Part shown: positions 9,667 through 17,161 of the stretch, piece by piece
Layout: each line of letters starts with the position of its first letter
Numbering within the stretch: position 1 is the first letter of the stretch
IMG/VR virus record: IMGVR_UViG_3300005613_000005
Location: 27,213-91,212 of that record
DNA from: a virus
Lineage: Duplodnaviria > Heunggongvirae > Uroviricota > Caudoviricetes
Direction: 5' to 3' (one strand)
DNA: 64,000 bases
Made by a program: the position numbers and the translations under genes
The notes under the pieces: generated by a model
What the model saw: only the letters and a program-made list of their open reading frames with translations
Told to the model about the DNA's origin: nothing
Databases searched by the model: none

Positions 9667-9933
9667 ATGATTAAAAGTATCATGAGTAAATTAGCGTTAA
9701 CTTTAGAAGAAGCTACTAAAGCTGATAAATTAGCAAACGACGATTGCGCGTGTTGGTGGAATCTTTGTCTTTTATTAGAAAAACTACAGATATTAGAAGA
9801 TAAAAGCATGATAACATCGTCAGAACTGTACTCGTTCAATTTTTATCGTGAGATGGTACACTTAAAAACAATACGTCCAGATCTTATGTCACAGATAGTC
9901 GCGGCACTAAATAATTTTGGTAAATACGCGTAA
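9667..9933 (+). CDS. small protein, LLxxLxVI-motif family
   Basis: contains NLCLLLEKLQILED. Confidence 0.5.
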   Translation: MIKSIMSKLALTLEEATKADKLANDDCACWWNLCLLLEKLQILEDKSMITSSELYSFNFYREMVHLKTIRPDLMSQIVAALNNFGKYA

Positions 9934-9970
9934 ACAACGTCCGTTCACGTATCATTAGTATAATGGTGAT

Positions 9971-10201
9971 ATGTCTATCAATAAAGACAAATACAAAAAT
10001 GATTACATGAGTATAGAAATTTTGGGTAAGTCTCAGTTAACAGGTGAATATTGTGTCCAGATAAAAGTAACGTCACGACAATACAAGAACGCGTTGAACG
10101 ATCTTGGAACCCACACGACCTGCTATCCTTTAACGCAGAACGCCTGGTATTCTGAAAAACAGTTGAAAGATATCTTTAAACGCTATAACCTTAGGAGATG
10201 A
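9971..10201 (+). CDS. hypothetical protein
   Basis: 76-aa ORF; TATAAT upstream at ~9960. Confidence 0.5.
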   Translation: MSINKDKYKNDYMSIEILGKSQLTGEYCVQIKVTSRQYKNALNDLGTHTTCYPLTQNAWYSEKQLKDIFKRYNLRR

Positions 10202-10202
10202 T

Positions 10203-10499
10203 ATGAAGACAAATCTTATCGCTCTGCGTCGTCTGGACGTTTCCGATTCCGACAATCCAACTTATTACACTTACTATATCCATGGAGAAAAACGCAGGGG
10301 GTGTTTTCACAGGTGTCGCAAGGAACATCTTGTTGGTGACACGAGCATACGTCAAACCAAAGGTACCTTATATGAGGTACGCGTTCACGAAGAACTCGAC
10401 TGGAAAACGGTCGGCAGAGGAGAGTTTGGTCTATGGTTGTCTAGTTTTAACGCTATACGGAAAGAACGAGGTTGGGAACCTATAGTTTTAAGTGATTAA
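10203..10499 (+). CDS. hypothetical protein
   Basis: 98-aa ORF, start 2 nt after previous stop. Confidence 0.5.
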   Translation: MKTNLIALRRLDVSDSDNPTYYTYYIHGEKRRGCFHRCRKEHLVGDTSIRQTKGTLYEVRVHEELDWKTVGRGEFGLWLSSFNAIRKERGWEPIVLSD

Positions 10500-10521
10500 C
10501 TTATAACTCAAAAAAAGTTTT

Positions 10522-10743
10522 ATGATGGAAAGATGGTGCAACAATTTTATGTCAGGTCCTGAACTTGGTATATTAAACTTGTTGTGTGAGTTAAAAATCA
10601 TAAGTGAAACCGTGCGAGCTAATGTAGCAAGCCAGATAGCGTTAGACCGGTTGATGGAATCGATAGAGCGACAAGTATTTAAGAATATGTACGCCAGTCC
10701 CAGTCTTGATGGCTTAGAAAAAATATTGAAAGATGCGACTTAA
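10522..10743 (+). CDS. small protein, LLxxLxVI-motif family
   Basis: LGILNLLCELKIISE. Confidence 0.5.
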   Translation: MMERWCNNFMSGPELGILNLLCELKIISETVRANVASQIALDRLMESIERQVFKNMYASPSLDGLEKILKDAT

Positions 10744-10918
10744 CTATAAAAAGATGTTAGACAAAGCGCAGAAGATAGAAACCATTAACGATTTCATACA
10801 CCTTTTATCGATGTTGGAGGTGATAACACCCATGCGAGCTTTCATATACTCTTCTACTATAGAAGTATACTTTAACCAGCACATAATACCGTGGTGGTCA
10901 TGCGAGGAGGAAGAATAG
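10733..10918 (+). CDS. small protein, LLxxLxVI-motif family
   Basis: FIHLLSMLEVITP. Confidence 0.5.
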   Translation: MRLNYKKMLDKAQKIETINDFIHLLSMLEVITPMRAFIYSSTIEVYFNQHIIPWWSCEEEE

Positions 10919-11085
10919 TGCCGGGACACTACTATTTCAGTGAAGATACCTGGAACATGATAGAAGCGATATACGACCTTCCCGTGTACATCAAACTGGG
11001 ATGCCACTACGAAGCTTATCTGGAAGAGTACATAGAATTTCTAGATCTTCTAGAGGTGTTCAACGCGGGGGAATATGAAGCCTAA
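10891..11085 (+). CDS. small protein, LLxxLxVI-motif family
   Basis: YIEFLDLLEVFNA; true start may be GTG 10918 after GAGGAGG. Confidence 0.45.
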   Translation: MVVMRGGRIVPGHYYFSEDTWNMIEAIYDLPVYIKLGCHYEAYLEEYIEFLDLLEVFNAGEYEA

Positions 11086-11299
11086 GATTATCACGGGTGC
11101 TAGCGCTCGCTTCATGATCAACGGACAACCCGTAGCGTACGCTAAAAACGTGACTTATAGACCTCCAGAAGACGATCTCATGCGTTTCTTCAGCGTGCTG
11201 GTTAAATTATCGATCATCGATGCAGAAACGATACGGGGAATATGGTACGAGCATCAACTCATGACAAACACTGTTAATTACGGTCAATATAAAGTATGA
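11075..11299 (+). CDS. small protein, LLxxLxVI-motif family (divergent)
   Basis: FFSVLVKLSIIDA. Confidence 0.45.
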   Translation: MKPKIITGASARFMINGQPVAYAKNVTYRPPEDDLMRFFSVLVKLSIIDAETIRGIWYEHQLMTNTVNYGQYKV

Positions 11300-11364
11300 A
11301 CTATAGTTCCTGATTAAAATTTTGGGGCCCCCTGGTATGTAAGTTAATTTGGAGTTAAACTCAG

Positions 11365-11541
11365 ATGGTACTATCAAAAACTTTTAACGGCTGTAACATA
11401 TATCCTCCCGGTGTATACCTTGGTATACCGTCTTCAATGGCATACGATCTGCTGATTTTACTGTATAAATTCAACGTGATAACTAGACACGAGGTACGCT
11501 ACATCGACGCCCTGATACGCGCACGTTTCGGTATAATATAA
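11365..11541 (+). CDS. small protein, LLxxLxVI-motif family
   Basis: 58-aa ORF below ORF-track cutoff; AYDLLILLYKFNVITR. Confidence 0.45.
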   Translation: MVLSKTFNGCNIYPPGVYLGIPSSMAYDLLILLYKFNVITRHEVRYIDALIRARFGII

Positions 11542-11543
11542 AC

Positions 11544-11720
11544 ATGATAAAAGAAATTGAGATACCGTATTCATCACCGTTGTACCTATTCCGCTTCGAC
11601 CGCTTCTTGGACCTCTTAGAAAAACTGAGGGTGATACGGTCGTATACCGAGGGCGGTCAATGCTCGCCCCCGTACAAGATATCATACGTGTACGACGTGG
11701 AGATCGACGATGATAGATAA
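11544..11720 (+). CDS. small protein, LLxxLxVI-motif family
   Basis: 58 aa; FDRFLDLLEKLRVIRS; GGTATAAT upstream. Confidence 0.45.
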   Translation: MIKEIEIPYSSPLYLFRFDRFLDLLEKLRVIRSYTEGGQCSPPYKISYVYDVEIDDDR

Positions 11721-11868
11721 CGTCAAGATATGGCGCGGCAATCCAGCAGCAGAGTGCTTGATAAACTACTTTGAGATGGTACGAAACGGCGGAAACTTTT
11801 CCTCAGCCTGCGACCTCGTCAAAGTTTTAATATTGCTGAACGTGATAAAGAACAAGAGGCCACGATGA
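11710..11868 (+). CDS. small protein, LLxxLxVI-motif family
   Basis: 52 aa; DLVKVLILLNVIKN; start overlaps previous stop. Confidence 0.4.
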   Translation: MIDNVKIWRGNPAAECLINYFEMVRNGGNFSSACDLVKVLILLNVIKNKRPR

Positions 11869-12059
11869 AGAGATACGAGCACCTGCGAGAATACAGCATC
11901 CCGCTGCACGACATACACGTCCCGACGATAGAAGAGCGAAAAGAACAACTGCACCTTATAGTACACTTCCTAGAAATATTAAAACACCTCGAAGTCATCC
12001 ACGATTTCGAGATATTGGTCAACTGGGCTTTCACCTACGACCTGAGGATATGGAGATGA
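11865..12059 (+). CDS. small protein, LLxxLxVI-motif family
   Basis: LHLIVHFLEILKHLEVIHD; ATGA overlap with previous. Confidence 0.5.
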   Translation: MKRYEHLREYSIPLHDIHVPTIEERKEQLHLIVHFLEILKHLEVIHDFEILVNWAFTYDLRIWR

Positions 12060-12361
12060 TGAGAGAACAAGAGACCCTAAAAGCTATCACCGTAGACGAC
12101 CTGATCCGCCTACTGCACCGCTTGCAGGTGTTCAACTCCGACGAGTATTTGTGGGAGTGGGTGCCGGACGCTTTCGGGGGTGAGGGTGCCGGGATACCGA
12201 TCAAGATCGAGCGCGTGTCCGTGCGCGGTACTGACCATCGAACGATGTCCGCGGTGGGTGATTTCATGAACCTATTAACTAAATTTGAAGTTATTCGACT
12301 TCGCAGTTTTGAGTGGACGACTTCAGGATATGGCATAGACGTGAAGGTGGAGTTGTACTGA
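12050..12361 (+). CDS. small protein with two LLxxLxVI-type motifs
   Basis: LIRLLHRLQVFNS and FMNLLTKFEVIRL. Confidence 0.5.
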   Translation: MEMMREQETLKAITVDDLIRLLHRLQVFNSDEYLWEWVPDAFGGEGAGIPIKIERVSVRGTDHRTMSAVGDFMNLLTKFEVIRLRSFEWTTSGYGIDVKVELY

Positions 12362-12591
12362 TGACGAACGACGACTGGAGCACGGTGTTCGAGGAGCAGT
12401 TTCGGCTGAGGGCCGATATAAGCTCGTTCTTGAGCGCTTTGTACCTGCTCAAGGTCATCGAGGCTCACCACATCAAGGTAACGATGCAGAACCTCAACAT
12501 ACGCAGCGGTGCGCTCGATCCCTGGTGCAACACGATCACGGAGCGCAGCGCCGACGGCCAGATCATAAAAGTAACGAGGACGGACGTATGA
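12361..12591 (+). CDS. small protein, LLxxLxVI-motif family
   Basis: start trimmed to ATG 12361 (ATGA coupling); FLSALYLLKVIEA. Confidence 0.5.
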   Translation: MTNDDWSTVFEEQFRLRADISSFLSALYLLKVIEAHHIKVTMQNLNIRSGALDPWCNTITERSADGQIIKVTRTDV

Positions 12592-12755
12592 GCTGGTCTC
12601 GGGACATAGAACGCCGCCACGAGCTCATGAACGACATGTTCGAGCTCATGGACCTGCTGCTGGGACTAGAGGTGATCGACAAGGACCATATGGTGGTCGT
12701 AGCTCATTTCTGCATAACCAAGCGAAAGCTCCTGGACCGCTGGAAGAAAGATTAA
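12588..12755 (+). CDS. small protein, LLxxLxVI-motif family
   Basis: start trimmed to ATG 12588 (ATGA coupling); MFELMDLLLGLEVIDK. Confidence 0.5.
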   Translation: MSWSRDIERRHELMNDMFELMDLLLGLEVIDKDHMVVVAHFCITKRKLLDRWKKD

Positions 12756-12758
12756 AAC

Positions 12759-12896
12759 GTGGACCTCAGCTTTTCAGACAAGCAGACCGCATACGACTTC
12801 CTGCGTTTCCTTCGCAGGCTCGGCGCGATAGATGAGTGTTGCTTCTTTTTTGTCGCCTATGAGATGGGCTGCCGCAACTGGGTGTCAGAGATATAA
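12759..12896 (+). CDS. small protein, LLxxLxVI-motif family (GTG start, tentative)
   Basis: AYDFLRFLRRLGAIDE. Confidence 0.3.
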   Translation: MDLSFSDKQTAYDFLRFLRRLGAIDECCFFFVAYEMGCRNWVSEI

Positions 12897-12898
12897 CC

Positions 12899-13018
12899 GT
12901 GGGTACTGATTGGTGTTGGATATTCGATGACCCGCTGCAGAGGCTGTGCTTGTTGAGCGATCTCGGGGTCATAGATTTCGGCACGTTTGAACGAGTCATC
13001 AACGAGATCATGCGATAA
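12899..13018 (+). CDS. small protein, LLxxLxVI-motif family (GTG start, tentative)
   Basis: LQRLCLLSDLGVIDF. Confidence 0.3.
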   Translation: MGTDWCWIFDDPLQRLCLLSDLGVIDFGTFERVINEIMR

Positions 13019-13294
13019 AAATACCAGTAAATTTATATAAATATATATATAGGAAGGTACCGGTACCTTTGCGAGGATATAGTACGTTAGGCCACCGGGC
13101 CCTGTTCTAAAAGAAAAAGCTCGCGCTCGCAGTAGGCTGGCGGGGTACTCGGTACCGACGTGAAGCTTCCTTTTGTTAGTCGAGGCCGGCCGGTACCAGC
13201 CGAAACGAGATGTGCTGCGAGCTGTCATGGCCTCGACCACCGTCAAACGACCGACACGACAGCTCAGACGAGAGACAAAGTTAAGGAGGTCAGT

Positions 13295-13411
13295 ATGGGA
13301 GATAACTTCAGGTTCTACTACTATCTCTACCTGGAAGCTGAGCGGAGCGGTTGCGAGATGACCATGGACTGCTGCCTGATGATGATGAGGTTCTACCGAG
13401 ACGAGTACTGA
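13295..13411 (+). CDS. 38-aa Cys/Met/Tyr-rich peptide
   Basis: AAGGAGG 7 nt upstream of ATG; MGDNFRFYYYLYLEAERSGCEMTMDCCLMMMRFYRDEY. Confidence 0.4.
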   Translation: MGDNFRFYYYLYLEAERSGCEMTMDCCLMMMRFYRDEY

Positions 13412-13449
13412 CCGGACGAAACAGGTATTTAAAACTGAAGGAGGTATTT

Positions 13450-13962
13450 ATGAACCAGAGAGAAGCGGTCTACAAGGCAACCCATGCCGTGCTGAAGGAA
13501 GCCGGCATCAGCTTCGAGGACTATCAAGATGGAGGAGTGAAGGACATCGTGACCGACGAGATGAGGAAGCAGATCATCGGGATCGTGTGCGAGGGTTTCA
13601 AGACTGGTGAGGTGGAGTTGAAGGACACCGAGGCGAACAAGTCAAAGCTCGCCAACGAGAGCGAGCTGAGAGCCTACACCTCTGGCCTGGTGAGCAACTG
13701 GCACCGGAAGGACAAGTGCTTCAACGGGAACGAGACCTACAAGGCCAAGAATCCCGGGAGCAGGGCCGGTCAAGGGGACACGCAGATGAAGAACCTCAAG
13801 CTACTCAAGAAGAAGTTCGAGAACGATCCTCAGAAGATCAAGGACATAGACGCTGCCATCAGCAAGAGGACCGAAGAGCTGAGAGCTGCCAGGACCAAGA
13901 CCATCGAGGTCGACTGGAACGAGATACCGGAAGAGCTAAGGACAGCACTTAAAAGCGAGTAA
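13450..13962 (+). CDS. MNQREAVY-family protein, paralog 1
   Basis: GAAGGAGG SD; start trimmed to ATG 13450; shared blocks SGLVSNW.RKD..FNGN..Y.AKNPGSRAGQGD.QMKNL.LL.K. Confidence 0.65.
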   Translation: MNQREAVYKATHAVLKEAGISFEDYQDGGVKDIVTDEMRKQIIGIVCEGFKTGEVELKDTEANKSKLANESELRAYTSGLVSNWHRKDKCFNGNETYKAKNPGSRAGQGDTQMKNLKLLKKKFENDPQKIKDIDAAISKRTEELRAARTKTIEVDWNEIPEELRTALKSE

Positions 13963-13975
13963 GTTAAGCTAAGAC

Positions 13976-13997
13976 GGGCAGGACCGAGGTCCTGCCC
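13976..13997 (+). terminator. GC-rich hairpin downstream of paralog 1
   Basis: GGGCAGGA-ccgagg-TCCTGCCC; no T-tract, so terminator function uncertain. Confidence 0.35.
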
Positions 13998-14001
13998 TCA
14001 A

Positions 14002-14017
14002 TTGACACTGCTACGCC
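14002..14017 (+). repeat. 16-nt conserved motif TTGACACTGCTACGCC (copy 1 of 4)
   Basis: near-identical copies at 14669, 15297, 30414, each after a gene end/hairpin. Confidence 0.7.
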
Positions 14018-14027
14018 GGGGAGCTCT

Positions 14028-14040
14028 GACCGATCCGATA
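14028..14040 (+). promoter_or_regulatory. phage-specific upstream motif GACCGATCCGATA
   Basis: CCGATCCGA core 32 nt upstream of ATG 14060; recurs upstream of many + strand genes. Confidence 0.5.
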
Positions 14041-14059
14041 GGTCTGCTAGGAGGTGGTT

Positions 14060-14236
14060 ATGAAGAACACGATAGTCATAGACTACATGAGGCGAGAGTT
14101 CATACGGTTCGAGACCGAGAACGGCGACGTTCGCTACCTGTTGTACCTGCCGCTGGGAGCTGTCATAAGTCCTGACATAGACACTATCAAGGCGATCATT
14201 GAAGAGGATGTTGAGTATTTGAAGATCGCGGCTTAA
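14060..14236 (+). CDS. hypothetical protein
   Basis: GGAGGTGG SD; ATG 14060. Confidence 0.5.
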   Translation: MKNTIVIDYMRREFIRFETENGDVRYLLYLPLGAVISPDIDTIKAIIEEDVEYLKIAA

Positions 14237-14247
14237 GTTAAGGGTCG

Positions 14248-14445
14248 GTGATGTCTAACCCCCGTCACCGACCACTTTTTCTGGAACCGAAACGATCAGT
14301 TATCGATGATGAGACCTACAGAGAGTCTGGCTGCCACGAGCGTCGAGCAGCAATGGTAGCGATCTCTGACTGCGATAACGGGCAGGTGTCTTCGCAGCGC
14401 CTGCCCACCTTTTGGAGGGATTATGAAGATACCGATATGGATTAA
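14248..14445 (+). CDS. hypothetical protein
   Basis: 65-aa ORF. Confidence 0.4.
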   Translation: MMSNPRHRPLFLEPKRSVIDDETYRESGCHERRAAMVAISDCDNGQVSSQRLPTFWRDYEDTDMD

Positions 14446-14668
14446 AGTTAAAGACTGGAAGATCTATTTCTCGATGTGGGATACTCTGAACTGGGAGTCG
14501 ATAGACTACGATGAGCTGCACTTCTACTATGAGGATCCCAGATATTCCGTTCACGTGGTAGAATAATCTTATGGGTCGTGAGACCCAGCCGGACCAAAGT
14601 TCTGAGCCAGGAACTCGAGGACTTTACTGTCGGGCGCGTCCGGCGCCCGCAGGTTTCCCTTCAAAACA

Positions 14669-14684
14669 CTGACACTGTTACGCC
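14669..14684 (+). repeat. 16-nt motif CTGACACTGTTACGCC (copy 2)
   Basis: preceded by hairpin CGGGCGC-gtccg-GCGCCCG. Confidence 0.7.
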
Positions 14685-14697
14685 CCAGCCGCCGCTC

Positions 14698-14710
14698 GAC
14701 CGATCCGACC
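14698..14710 (+). promoter_or_regulatory. upstream motif GACCGATCCGACC
   Basis: 52 nt upstream of ATG 14750. Confidence 0.45.
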
Positions 14711-14749
14711 TCTAGTCAGAACAAACAAGAAACTTTAAAGGAGGTTAAC

Positions 14750-15256
14750 ATGAACCAGAGAGAAGCAGTCTACACCATCACACACTCCATCCTCAAAGAG
14801 CATGGGGTAACTTTCGAAGACGGGGACAACATCAGTTCCGTCATGACTGACGAGTACCGCAAGCAGATCATCGAAGCGATCGTCACCAGTTTCCAGTCCG
14901 GCAAGATCGACTTCAAAGATACTCAAGCGAACCAGGAAAAATTAGGTGACGTGAGCAAGCTCCGCAGCTATACTTCCGGTCTCGTGAGCAACTGGTTCCG
15001 CAAGGACCCTCGCTTCAACGGCAACGTCAAGTATGAAGCCAAGAACCCAGGTTCAAGGGCAGGTCAAGGCGACGCGCAGATGAAAAACTTAAGGCTCCTC
15101 AAGAAACAGTACGAGGGGACAGACAAGGTAAAAGACATAGACGCCGCCATAGCCGACCGCACCGCCGAGCTCAGGGCTGCCAAGGCCAAGAAAGTTGAAG
15201 TAGACTACACAGCGATACCCGAAGAACTCAAGGAAGCTCTCGGCATCACCGAATAG
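14750..15256 (+). CDS. MNQREAVY-family protein, paralog 2
   Basis: AAAGGAGG SD; ~60% identical to paralogs 1 and 3. Confidence 0.65.
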   Translation: MNQREAVYTITHSILKEHGVTFEDGDNISSVMTDEYRKQIIEAIVTSFQSGKIDFKDTQANQEKLGDVSKLRSYTSGLVSNWFRKDPRFNGNVKYEAKNPGSRAGQGDAQMKNLRLLKKQYEGTDKVKDIDAAIADRTAELRAAKAKKVEVDYTAIPEELKEALGITE

Positions 15257-15296
15257 GTCAAGATACAGCCGGCCGCAGGTCAACCGCTTGCGGCCA

Positions 15297-15312
15297 CTGA
15301 CACTGCTACGCC
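15297..15312 (+). repeat. 16-nt motif CTGACACTGCTACGCC (copy 3)
   Basis: preceded by hairpin GGCCGCA..TGCGGCC. Confidence 0.7.
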
Positions 15313-15595
15313 TACCGACCCCGGCCGCTCCCGGCTAGGGACCTGAGTGGGCCAACGTCGGTCAGCTCGCAGCCGCCCTCTCCATCTAATAATTTAAACA
15401 AAACGTACCCCAAAACCCCCTAGGGAAAGACGGACCTCCACCGATCCTCACCGTCCCTGACAGGGCTCCGGTGCTGGCCCTCGTCGGTCAAGTTCTTTCT
15501 AAGTTAGTTAGCTTGCAACAGTCTGTGAGCCGCCCCACCCCCGCCCCTTGCTGTCTTTTGATCTAATAAAATCAAGGGCTTACATGGCCTTATGC

Positions 15596-15610
15596 AACCG
15601 ATCCGAATTA
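15596..15610 (+). promoter_or_regulatory. upstream motif AACCGATCCGAATTA
   Basis: 30 nt upstream of ATG 15626. Confidence 0.45.
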
Positions 15611-15625
15611 TCCTCGAGGTGGTGC

Positions 15626-15901
15626 ATGAGTAAGCTGCAAGTAGTGGGAATAGAGTCCCTGGAAAGTCTACCACGAGTAGTTGCCTGGTGGCTGCGGTGT
15701 AGTTCAAGGTTAAGTTCTGTAGAAGCTGCTGCTAGGATTCCTGGTCCGAGGTTGCTGGAGAAGTTGTATGAGTTCTTGACCACGGTAGACGTAGAAATGT
15801 TTCGCAGCGGATATGGCTCTAGAAACCGTGATGCTAAAGCTTACGATGTTCACTTAGAGGTCTTGTTCGATGAGATTTTGAGGAGAAGGGTATTATGGTA
15901 G
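15626..15901 (+). CDS. hypothetical protein
   Basis: ORF trimmed to ATG 15626 downstream of motif and GAGGTGG. Confidence 0.45.
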   Translation: MSKLQVVGIESLESLPRVVAWWLRCSSRLSSVEAAARIPGPRLLEKLYEFLTTVDVEMFRSGYGSRNRDAKAYDVHLEVLFDEILRRRVLW

Positions 15902-16059
15902 AAACTTTATTCTGGGGCGTGTTGGTGTTGAGCTGTCTGGTGATAAGCAGATGCATCACCGGCCTGACGCTGTGCTGGTTTGAATACGGTCGTATAGGGA
16001 AGATGATAGACGACCGAGCGGTTTCAAAGGGAGAGTACCGTGAAAAAAATAGGGGCTGA
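15895..16059 (+). CDS. small hydrophobic protein (tentative)
   Basis: 54-aa ORF MVETLFWGVLVLSCLVISRCITGLTLCWF..; overlaps next gene start. Confidence 0.3.
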   Translation: MVETLFWGVLVLSCLVISRCITGLTLCWFEYGRIGKMIDDRAVSKGEYREKNRG

Positions 16060-16471
16060 AGATCTGAGAAAGTTGTCGCACCGGTATCAGGCTAAGTTCG
16101 CTGTGTTCTGTGCTGAGCAAGTTACTGAATACCTTGATGATGATACTAGAGAACCGGCCTTGAAAGCCATTGAGACCGCTAGACTGTGGTTAGATGGTAA
16201 AGCCACTGGAGAAGACTGTCGCAATGCTGCTGCTGCTGCTGCTGCTGCTGCTGATGCTGCTGCTTATGCTGCTGCTGATGCTGCTGCTGCTGCTGCTGCT
16301 GATGCTGCTGCTGCTGCTGATGCTTATGCTGCTGCTGCTGCTGATGCTGCTGCTTATGCTGCTGTCGATAATAAAAAAGCAACAGTCAAAGCTCAGTGGG
16401 ATTACTACTATGAGCTGCTCAATTTTGATACCAATTTTGAAAATATAGTTTTAGGGAGAGGGACACCGTGA
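16040..16471 (+). CDS. protein with internal Ala/Asp low-complexity repeat
   Basis: GTG start; unique N- and C-terminal regions flank a (GCT)n-encoded AAAAADAAAYAAA tract. Confidence 0.5.
   Translation: MKKIGAEDLRKLSHRYQAKFAVFCAEQVTEYLDDDTREPALKAIETARLWLDGKATGEDCRNAAAAAAAAADAAAYAAADAAAAAAADAAAAADAYAAAAADAAAYAAVDNKKATVKAQWDYYYELLNFDTNFENIVLGRGTP
16226..16365. repeat. imperfect (GCT)n trinucleotide microsatellite, ~140 bp
   Basis: GCTGCT... interrupted by GAT/TAT; encodes poly-Ala/Asp on + strand (poly-Gln/His on the other). Confidence 0.9.
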
Positions 16472-16722
16472 AGAAGTTTATCTGCGATAGATGCTCAAAA
16501 AGGTATAAGCAATGCGAGTTTGATTTTGAACGGGGTATATGTTTAGTTCGTCATGCAGGCATTTTTGAGCTTGAGATATGGCGTCGCGACGATGTCTGGT
16601 ATTGGAGACCAGCAGGAAGTTATACGCCTGTTTATGAAACCGACCCATTCCTGTGCCAGCCGCAGTACGATCGTCTGTATCAAGAATATTTGACAGATAG
16701 AGCGATAGAAGAAGTTTTATGA
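16468..16722 (+). CDS. EEIL-tail family protein 1
   Basis: C-terminus LYQEYLTDRAIEEVL; Cys-rich N-terminus. Confidence 0.55.
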   Translation: MKKFICDRCSKRYKQCEFDFERGICLVRHAGIFELEIWRRDDVWYWRPAGSYTPVYETDPFLCQPQYDRLYQEYLTDRAIEEVL

Positions 16723-16934
16723 GCAAGTACCGTTATTTTAAAGTTGATCTCGGTGTTTTAGATTTCGAGGAGATGGTTGAGAGATTTTATAGATGTTCTG
16801 GTGAGGTCTATTGCGAATTTCCGTTGCGGTGGAACCGTGATTTTATAGAATGGTACAGCGATATTGCTGGTGATTGGGAAAGATACGAGCGGTGGAAAGA
16901 AGTTGGCGAGTCGATCGAAGAGGAAATATTATGA
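16719..16934 (+). CDS. EEIL-tail family protein 2
   Basis: C-terminus ESIEEEIL; ATGA overlap. Confidence 0.55.
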   Translation: MSKYRYFKVDLGVLDFEEMVERFYRCSGEVYCEFPLRWNRDFIEWYSDIAGDWERYERWKEVGESIEEEIL

Positions 16935-17161
16935 AGAGTTTTTGGTGGGCTGGTAACCAGTACGGCGTGGATTTCGATGAGATGGTAGTGTACGATAAAT
17001 TCCATGGTACGGAGCTCATCTACAAGATAGACAATCGTTTTCATTGGTACTATCAAAACAGCGATGATAGAGGAGCGTATAACCTTCATTTTTCAATAAA
17101 ATTAGACAAACTGTATGAGGAATATCTAATGGATAAAGCCGTAGAAGAGGAGTTATTATGA
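16931..17161 (+). CDS. EEIL-tail family protein 3
   Basis: start trimmed to ATGA-coupled ATG 16931; LYEEYLMDKAVEEELL. Confidence 0.55.
   Translation: MKSFWWAGNQYGVDFDEMVVYDKFHGTELIYKIDNRFHWYYQNSDDRGAYNLHFSIKLDKLYEEYLMDKAVEEELL

Noticed and set aside
12031-13246. Minus-strand ORFs 12031-12471, 12766-13011, 12857-13246
   Set aside because: They are antisense to the conserved plus-strand LLxxLxVI family genes and the GC-rich region inflates random ORF length.
16179-16382. Minus-strand ORF encoding poly-Gln/His (QQQQHKHQQQ...)
   Set aside because: It is the antisense reading of the (GCT)n repeat. The plus-strand ORF has unique flanking domains and fits gene orientation.
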